DNA of 22,785 nucleotides from Crinalium sp. (GTDB lineage Bacteria; Cyanobacteriota; Cyanobacteriia; Cyanobacteriales; PCC-9333): NCBI GenBank assembly GCA_049646245.1, contig JBARVL010000638.1, positions 1 to 22,785 of the forward strand, read 5' to 3'. Shown piece by piece: positions 15,556 to 22,047 of this stretch (position 1 is its first letter; each line of letters starts with the position of its first letter). The notes under the pieces were generated by a model. It saw only the letters and a program-made list of their open reading frames with translations, ran no database searches and was not told where the DNA came from. The position numbers and the translations under genes were made by a program.

Positions 15556-15766
15556 TACCTATATCATTCAACTGAATTCTGAGCAAAGAGTATAGCTATA
15601 AAGAACCAGCATTAAGTTCTGACTGGTAATATTTTTTACCCGTTTTAGGTGCTAATAGATATCCTCTTTGAAAAATTGAAACCAGAAATGTTCTAACCAG
15701 TAAACAAGATTTAATGACCATCGGTGAAATTTATAACCATTTGCAAAATCAATTGGATCTGAACCA

Positions 15767-16795
15767 ATGCACAACTTTCCAGCAACATCAAAAAACCTGC
15801 AACAATTTAACCAGATTTACAGTAATCTAGGCGAACTCATTGGCAATACGCCTATCCTACGCTTTAAGCGGCTATATCCTGGGCATCAGGTATTAGCAAA
15901 ACTTGAAGGTTTTAATCCTATTGGATCGATCAAAGATCGTGTGGCTTTCCACATGATTGACAATGCTATTAATCAGAAATTAATTAAAAAAGACACAGTA
16001 GTAATCGAGAGTACTTCAGGCAACTTTGGACTAGGACTTGCTGCCGCCTGTCAATTTCATCAACTTAAATTTATTGCTGTTGTAGACCCAAAAATTTCCC
16101 AAACTAACTTAAAACTGATGAAGTTGCGAGGAGCAAGTTTGGAAATGATTCTTAGACCAGATCAAACAGGCAACTACTTAGCACGGCGAATTGAACGAGT
16201 TAAACAACTGTGTCAACAAATTCCCAATCACTATTGGCCATGTCAATACAGTTCCCCAGAAAATCCTAACGCACACTACTACAAAACAGGCGAAGAGATA
16301 GTCAAGCAGCTTGACGGCATACCCCTTGATTACTTAATAGTAGCGACCAGTACAACAGGGACTATCTGGGGATTGAGCCGCCGCCTCAAAGAAGTTTACC
16401 CACATTTAAAGGTAATTGCAGTTGATGAACAAGGCTCATCCCTATTTGGCGGGACACCCGCTCCCAGATATCTCAATGGCATGGGAGCGGGACACCCTCT
16501 GCCAGAATTAGCCATAAAAGCTCATCAGCAACAGATTGTTGACCAAGTTATCCGTGTGGATTTAAAAGAAGCTGTCCAAGGTTGTTATGACTTGTTAAAT
16601 AGCGAAGGGATTATGGCAGGCGGTTCTGGTGGTGCTGTGATTGCTGCTTTAAAGAAGCTTATCCCCACCTTATCACCAGAAAGTTCGATTCTGATTATTC
16701 TTGCAGATCGTGGCGAAAGGTATTTGGACTCTTTTTATGACGAGGAGTGGGTAGAGAAAAAACTTTCTCCATCACCATTAACTCTTGCCGCCTAG
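15767..16795 (+). CDS. sbnA: SbnA-like PLP-dependent enzyme (cysteine-synthase fold; N-(2-amino-2-carboxyethyl)-L-glutamate synthase type, L-2,3-diaminopropionate pathway)
   Basis: Fold-type II PLP motifs are present: GNTPILRF, LEGFNPIGSIKDR (PLP lysine), ESTSGNFGLGLA and GGSGGAVIAA. Assignment to the SbnA subfamily rather than CysK/CysM rests mainly on the immediately downstream SbnB-type gene. Confidence 0.8.
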   Translation: MHNFPATSKNLQQFNQIYSNLGELIGNTPILRFKRLYPGHQVLAKLEGFNPIGSIKDRVAFHMIDNAINQKLIKKDTVVIESTSGNFGLGLAAACQFHQLKFIAVVDPKISQTNLKLMKLRGASLEMILRPDQTGNYLARRIERVKQLCQQIPNHYWPCQYSSPENPNAHYYKTGEEIVKQLDGIPLDYLIVATSTTGTIWGLSRRLKEVYPHLKVIAVDEQGSSLFGGTPAPRYLNGMGAGHPLPELAIKAHQQQIVDQVIRVDLKEAVQGCYDLLNSEGIMAGGSGGAVIAALKKLIPTLSPESSILIILADRGERYLDSFYDEEWVEKKLSPSPLTLAA

Positions 16796-16848
16796 AGCAA
16801 AAATAGCAGGATGTCAACCATTTCAACCTAAATATTTATTGATGCAAT

Positions 16849-17877
16849 ATGAGTGTTAATCAGACATTACAACAGAAAATTCTTTACCTCAGTTCTTCTG
16901 ACATCAAGCAATTGGATGGAGCGTCTTCCCAACTTTATCTAGAAGCAGTTAAGCAAGCACTGATCCTTCATGCCAATAGCCAAATTGTCCAACCCTTAAA
17001 GCCTTATTTGCGCTGGCGCGGTGATGACAACCATATTGCCGATCGCATTATCGCCATGCCAGCTTACTTGGGTGGAGAAAATCCTATAGCAGGTCTCAAG
17101 TGGGTAGGTAGCAAGCATGATAATCCCCGCAGTCGAAGTCTGGAAAGGGCTAGCGCCCTAATTATTCTAAATGATTCCGATTCCCATTACCCAATTGCTG
17201 TAATGGAGGGGAGCTTGATCAGTGGGATGCGAACGGCTGCGGTTACTGCGGTAGCTGCTCGTTACTTAGCTCCTGTTGAGTTTAACTTTGTTACCTGTAT
17301 TGGTTGTGGGCCGATCGCCAGAATGCAACTATTTACACTGCTAGAACAATTTCCCTCTATTACAACTATTCATCTTTTTGACCTCAATCCCTTGGCTGCC
17401 AAGAACTTAGTAGAGTCTCTCCATCAATTCTTCCCAACAGTCAACTTAAAAATTGCTCCAACCGCAGAGGCTGCTGTGCGAGCGGGGCAAGTAGTAATTA
17501 CTTGTACCATTACGTCCCAACCTTACATTCCCTACGAATGGTTGCAAAAAGGGTGTTTCGTCAGCAACGTTTCTATTATGGACTTGCATAAAGAAGTCTT
17601 TTTACTAGCCGACAAAGTAGTGGTGGATGATTGGGAACAGTCGAATCGGGAGAAAAAAGTAATTAATCAGTTAGTTAATGAAGGTCGCTTTGACCGCGAA
17701 CAACTACACGCAGAACTTGGTGAAATTGTTATCGGTAAACGTCCAGGTCGGGAATCGAATCAGGAAACTATCGTTCTTAACCCAATGGGTATGGCAATTG
17801 AAGATCTTGCCTGCGCCCAAGCCATTTACCAAAAAGCGATCGCTACCAATGTAGGAACTTGGTTGTCCCTCTATTGA
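16849..17877 (+). CDS. sbnB: SbnB-like NAD-dependent dehydrogenase (ornithine cyclodeaminase/mu-crystallin family; L-2,3-diaminopropionate pathway)
   Basis: OCD/mu-crystallin family signatures are ISGMRTAAVTAVAARYLAP, a Rossmann GCGPIARMQ and NPMGMAIEDLA near the C-terminus. The gene starts 53 nt downstream of the SbnA-like gene. Confidence 0.8.
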   Translation: MSVNQTLQQKILYLSSSDIKQLDGASSQLYLEAVKQALILHANSQIVQPLKPYLRWRGDDNHIADRIIAMPAYLGGENPIAGLKWVGSKHDNPRSRSLERASALIILNDSDSHYPIAVMEGSLISGMRTAAVTAVAARYLAPVEFNFVTCIGCGPIARMQLFTLLEQFPSITTIHLFDLNPLAAKNLVESLHQFFPTVNLKIAPTAEAAVRAGQVVITCTITSQPYIPYEWLQKGCFVSNVSIMDLHKEVFLLADKVVVDDWEQSNREKKVINQLVNEGRFDREQLHAELGEIVIGKRPGRESNQETIVLNPMGMAIEDLACAQAIYQKAIATNVGTWLSLY

Positions 17878-18031
17878 AGTGAGTGTTGTCAGAGAGCGCG
17901 TTGCTTGGGACTTGTACAGTAAAACTTCTCTAAGAGTTCTTCATCCTCAACAGCAAAATACCAGCGCCTGACCACACCCACTAAATTAGCTCACCAATAA
18001 ATACTTCAACTCAAGAAAGCGAGTCTTTTCA

Positions 18032-19189
18032 ATGTTAAATATATCTTTGCTTAAGAAAGTTCCTCCCTTGCAAAAGTATTACTGGCCACCAGTAAACCAT
18101 TTTGAAGAATTCAGCGCAAATTTTTCGGAATTTTTGAAGCTGAGTCGTCAAAAACAGCAACACTACCTAGTAGAACTGAGAAACCAAGAAGAAGATTTAT
18201 ACAATCAATTTCTTCATAACTCTTTAGCCCAAATATATGCTTACTGGCTTGGCTATCACGATAGTCCTTGTTATTTACAGGTAGATGAAGAAATAGAGAT
18301 AAAGTTGTGCAGTGCCAAACTTTGTTTAGAAACAGAACTCATTGAAAACGGATTAACTATAGAGCCAATAAAACAAAAACTTTCCCAAAGTGATACAGCT
18401 AATTATTTAAATGCCCTCGCCATTAATAATCCAGGGATAGACCATCCTCTGTTTGATTACCTTCAAACCGCACCCAAGGAAGTTTTATTACGTTTTTTAC
18501 TACACGAAGTCATGCGAAATGAGGTGGTAGATGACGAAGTTAGCCTCTTGGTATCCGGCTTACAAGGTGCATTCAAAATGGTGGCTGCTTCTAATCTCTG
18601 GGATGAGTGCGGACGAGGTAAGCTGTCTAATGCTCACACTTACTGGCTCAGACGATTGCTAGAAGCAATTAATGGTTGGCAAGAATTAGCTACTTACCGT
18701 CAAGTTAGCCCTTGGTTTTCCAAGATCACGTCCAATATTTTTATGATGCTTCTGACTCGTCCAGGGTATAAATTAGCTGCCTATGGCTATTTTCTTATGT
18801 CTGAAAGTGCCGTAGCTCCACATTTTCAGAAGATTTTAGCAGGTCTCGATCGCGTTGGCTTGATTCAGGAAGACATCAAAATTTACTTTGATGCTCATCT
18901 CAAGATTGATAAGTATCACGGACAGGAACTTGTAAATGCAATTGGTTACCAAAAACCAGATTTAACGCAGCCAGAAATTGACCTAATTCTATTAGGGACA
19001 CATCTTTACATTGCTGGTGCCACTATGCAGTACGACAGAATGCTACCTGAGCTTTCTTCACAAAAATTAACTGCTATGACAAGGCGAAATAATGAGCATA
19101 GAGGTTTACTGTCTTGGAATGATCTGAATTGGCAAGTGTCGCCATCTCCAATATTGAATGACGAGGTTAATTCTGTAGATTGCCCTTAA
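18032..19189 (+). CDS. Heme-oxygenase-like diiron oxidase/oxygenase (HDO; 'iron-containing redox enzyme' family)
   Basis: NLWDECGRGKLSNAHTYWL gives Glu192 and His202 (E-x9-H). FLMSESAVAP gives Glu258. YFDAHLKIDKYHG gives His289-x3-Asp293-x2-His296 (nt 18896-18919). This is the 3-His/3-carboxylate pattern and spacing I associate with SznF/UndA/BesC-type HDOs. An extra ~130-aa N-terminal region is unassigned. Confidence 0.8.
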   Translation: MLNISLLKKVPPLQKYYWPPVNHFEEFSANFSEFLKLSRQKQQHYLVELRNQEEDLYNQFLHNSLAQIYAYWLGYHDSPCYLQVDEEIEIKLCSAKLCLETELIENGLTIEPIKQKLSQSDTANYLNALAINNPGIDHPLFDYLQTAPKEVLLRFLLHEVMRNEVVDDEVSLLVSGLQGAFKMVAASNLWDECGRGKLSNAHTYWLRRLLEAINGWQELATYRQVSPWFSKITSNIFMMLLTRPGYKLAAYGYFLMSESAVAPHFQKILAGLDRVGLIQEDIKIYFDAHLKIDKYHGQELVNAIGYQKPDLTQPEIDLILLGTHLYIAGATMQYDRMLPELSSQKLTAMTRRNNEHRGLLSWNDLNWQVSPSPILNDEVNSVDCP

Positions 19190-19430
19190 TTGATCTTGCC
19201 ATCAAGCATCAATGGTGATGAAACAATTATCAAAGCAGGTTCTTAGGAACAAGTTATCACTGCAAAACTAAGTCATTTGGTAGGCTATCGCTTCTTCTCG
19301 CCTTTGGGAAGTTGCGATCGCATTTCAAAGATTACCTAATATCGGAACTCACAATTTGACACTGCCCAAAAAATTCTTTTTTTTTATTTCCAGCCTAAAA
19401 CGTTTTAATTTTTCACACTCCTTAACTATC

Positions 19431-20921
19431 ATGCTGAACTTAATCTTGGCACTGTCTCCAATTTTCATCATTTTTATTGGAGTGCTTTTCTTCAAAAAAA
19501 GCACTTTACATAGCTCACTCGCTGCTTTAATATTCACTGGTTTAATAGCTGTTTTCGTCGAATCATTTAAAATTGATGTTTGGCAATTGTCTGAAGCAGT
19601 TCAATCAGCTATTATTCTTAGCCTTAGCGCCATCTTAGTGATTGTCCCTGGTCTTTATTTGAATACTATTGTTAGAGAGCAGAAATATATAGACAGGATG
19701 GCATTTGAAATTGGGAGAATGGAGATTACACCAGAAAATAAAGTTTTAATTTTGTTGTTAGGCTTTCTCCCTGCAGTAGAATCATTAACAGGATTTGGCG
19801 TATCCTTATTTATCGGTATTCCAGTTTTTTTTAAGCTGTTTACTAGGGATAAAGCATTTAAATTATCCCTTTTAGGAATGAATATTATGCCTTGGGGAAC
19901 TTTAGGATTAGCAACCGTTATTGGGTCGAATCTTATTCAATATCCTGTTAAAGAACTAGGAACAATTAGTAGCTTAACCAGTTTTTTTGTTTTTCCCTAT
20001 ATAGCTTTGCTGGCTTTATATATAATTGGTGGCTTAGTTAGTTTAAAAAAATATGCTTTGAGAGCTTTAATACTAGGATTAACTTTTGATTGTATCCTAT
20101 TAGCCAATAATTACTATCTTGCTCCAGAGACAGCAGGGGTATTTGCGGGAATGATTACAGGCTTTTTAGGAATTTGCTTGTCTTATCAAAAAAATAAATT
20201 TAATTTTAATATTATGGGGCAACTTGAGCGGATCAATTCCTTCCTGCCCTATGTTTTAATTTTAACTTTTATGAGTTTACTGCGTTTTATCCAACCAATT
20301 AATTATTTTCTCACTCATCTGCTCATTTTAAAAAGTGAAAATGTTAGCCTGAGCGTTTTTACTAATCCAGGGATTGTTTTATTGTTAGTAGCTTTAATTA
20401 TGCAGGCTATCCAACCCGTATCTATTTCTTTGAGTGAGACTTTGAAAAAAGCTCAACCTGCTTGTTTAACTATTCTCTGTTTCTTATTGTTATCTAGAAT
20501 GATGCTGGAGACGGGAATGATTAAACTAATCTCTTTAAGCATATCTAGCTATGCCAGCCAAAATCTCTTCTTATTCCTTTCACCTTTAATTGGAATGTTT
20601 AGTGGTTTTATAACAGGTTCAAATGTAGGCGGAAATGCACTGCTAATCAGAACCCAGAGTGAGATTGGTCAACAATTTGGGCATAACCTCGCCTTTGCTG
20701 CGGCTCATAATAGTGGAGCCGGACATATGGTGTTTTCCTCAATTCCTATGCTAATTTTTGCGATCGTTATTGCTAAAGATCTAAAAAATTTAGAAAATTT
20801 AGATGTGCAGGAAGGTCATTTGCTTAATTTTACTCTCAAAGTGGCGATCGGCATTTACATAGCGATTTTTGGAGGTTTATTAATTTTAGTCTCAAGTAAT
20901 TTGGACAATATTTTATTTTGA
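19431..20921 (+). CDS. LctP (lactate/glycolate permease) family transporter
   Basis: The protein is polytopic and very hydrophobic. GMFSGFITGSNVGGNALLIRTQSEIGQQFG aligns by eye with the conserved G.F.TGS.T.SNALF..LQ......G segment of GlcA/LldP. I prefer ATG 19431 (MLNLILALSPIF...) over the track's TTG 19356, which adds a Phe/Lys-rich non-membrane leader. Confidence 0.75.
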   Translation: MLNLILALSPIFIIFIGVLFFKKSTLHSSLAALIFTGLIAVFVESFKIDVWQLSEAVQSAIILSLSAILVIVPGLYLNTIVREQKYIDRMAFEIGRMEITPENKVLILLLGFLPAVESLTGFGVSLFIGIPVFFKLFTRDKAFKLSLLGMNIMPWGTLGLATVIGSNLIQYPVKELGTISSLTSFFVFPYIALLALYIIGGLVSLKKYALRALILGLTFDCILLANNYYLAPETAGVFAGMITGFLGICLSYQKNKFNFNIMGQLERINSFLPYVLILTFMSLLRFIQPINYFLTHLLILKSENVSLSVFTNPGIVLLLVALIMQAIQPVSISLSETLKKAQPACLTILCFLLLSRMMLETGMIKLISLSISSYASQNLFLFLSPLIGMFSGFITGSNVGGNALLIRTQSEIGQQFGHNLAFAAAHNSGAGHMVFSSIPMLIFAIVIAKDLKNLENLDVQEGHLLNFTLKVAIGIYIAIFGGLLILVSSNLDNILF

Positions 20922-20958
20922 TATTTAGGCTGGCTAGAGATGCAGACTGCTGAATAGG

Positions 20959-21004
20959 TGCATAAGTAGATGAATTCCAGAAATATGTGGATTTAGTAGG
21001 GGAA
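20959..21004 (+). repeat. Copy B of the ~45-bp direct repeat
   Basis: The sequence is tgcataagtagatgaattccagaaatatgtggatttagtaggggaa. It lies 38 nt downstream of the permease stop. Confidence 0.65.
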
Positions 21005-21077
21005 ATCTCAAAAAAGTAACTCATGCTGAAAAACTAAAAAAATTTATCTGCATAGTTAAACATTTTCGTCACCTACT

Positions 21078-21121
21078 TGCATAAGTTCAAATTTACCAGA
21101 AATATAGAAGTATGTAGGGAA
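21078..21121 (+). repeat. Copy C of the ~45-bp direct repeat (more divergent)
   Basis: The sequence is tgcataagttcaaatttaccagaaatatagaagtatgtagggaa. It shares the TGCATAAGT-N9-CCAGAAATAT frame and the GTAGGGAA end. Like copy B it is followed by a(a)(t/g)ct(c)aaaaa. It lies ~110 bp upstream of ATG 21233. Confidence 0.55.
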
Positions 21122-21232
21122 AGCTAAAAACTAAAACTAGGAAATATTGCTAAGACATTTTCTGGGCTTGTTAGTATTTCAGTCAAAGTTATAGCTCCCT
21201 ACTAATGTCCACCTAATTTATCTTACTTTGCT

Positions 21233-21790
21233 ATGAAACTTTCATGGATTGCTCCTATGACATTACTAGCTCCTTTATGCCTAGCTAACTCAGCAACAGC
21301 TTCTAATTTCACCTCGCCAAAACAGTTATCTACCCAATCTAGACTTATAGCTCAATCTAACTGGAAGCAAGTTTCTTCATCTACAGGGAAGTTTACTGTC
21401 AATATGCCTGGTAAACCAACTGAAAATACAGAAAAAGATGAAGATGGCTTAACTAGCAAATCATTTACCTTAAGTAGTGATTCCGGGTATTACTCAGTTA
21501 TTTACCTAGATTTTTCGGAAATTGGTGAAATTAACTCTGCTCAAGCTAAACAATTTTTGGATATGGTACCATCTAAATTTTCCGAAGGGGCTGGTGCTAA
21601 GTTATTAAATCATCGTAGCATCACACTGACTGGCTATCAGGGAAAAGAATTTACTTTTGCCATCAATCCCAAGATGAGAGGAAAAGGGCGTGCATATTTT
21701 GCTAATAACAAACTATATATTTTGATGGCGATCGCACCAGAGACAGCTAGCTTTAACACCTTCTTAAATTCGTTTCGTTTCCTTGCATAA
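21233..21790 (+). CDS. Secreted hypothetical protein
   Basis: It has a signal peptide (MKLSWIAPMTLLAPLCLANSATA). The mature domain has alternating beta-like segments (FTVNMPGKP...YSVIYLDF...ITLTGYQGKEFTF...KLYILMAIAP). No family name is recalled. Confidence 0.65.
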   Translation: MKLSWIAPMTLLAPLCLANSATASNFTSPKQLSTQSRLIAQSNWKQVSSSTGKFTVNMPGKPTENTEKDEDGLTSKSFTLSSDSGYYSVIYLDFSEIGEINSAQAKQFLDMVPSKFSEGAGAKLLNHRSITLTGYQGKEFTFAINPKMRGKGRAYFANNKLYILMAIAPETASFNTFLNSFRFLA

Positions 21791-22047
21791 CTAGCAAGTT
21801 GAGATTTAGTCGTTTAATTTGGTGGTGCAGGATCTCACACCTAACAGATTGTAAAGAATTATTAAGAAATGCAGATCTTTGTCCTACTCCGCCTGATTAA
21901 CAAACAGAACATCTACCAAATGAACTGAAAGTTGCTTTACTGAGATCTTGCATCAACTAACGCGAGCATGAGGCTCTGCCTCGGACTTTTGAACGCAATG
22001 GTGCAAGATTTTATTGAAAAAAAACTCTAGCAATCAGGAAAATTTTT

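Noticed and set aside
15767-20921. Interpreting the SbnA/SbnB genes as part of a staphyloferrin-B-like siderophore cluster
   Set aside because: No IucA/IucC-type NIS synthetase, decarboxylase/aldolase, or TonB-dependent receptor/ABC uptake genes occur in the window. The partner genes (HDO, LctP-type permease) do not fit that pathway. An iron connection remains possible but is unsupported.
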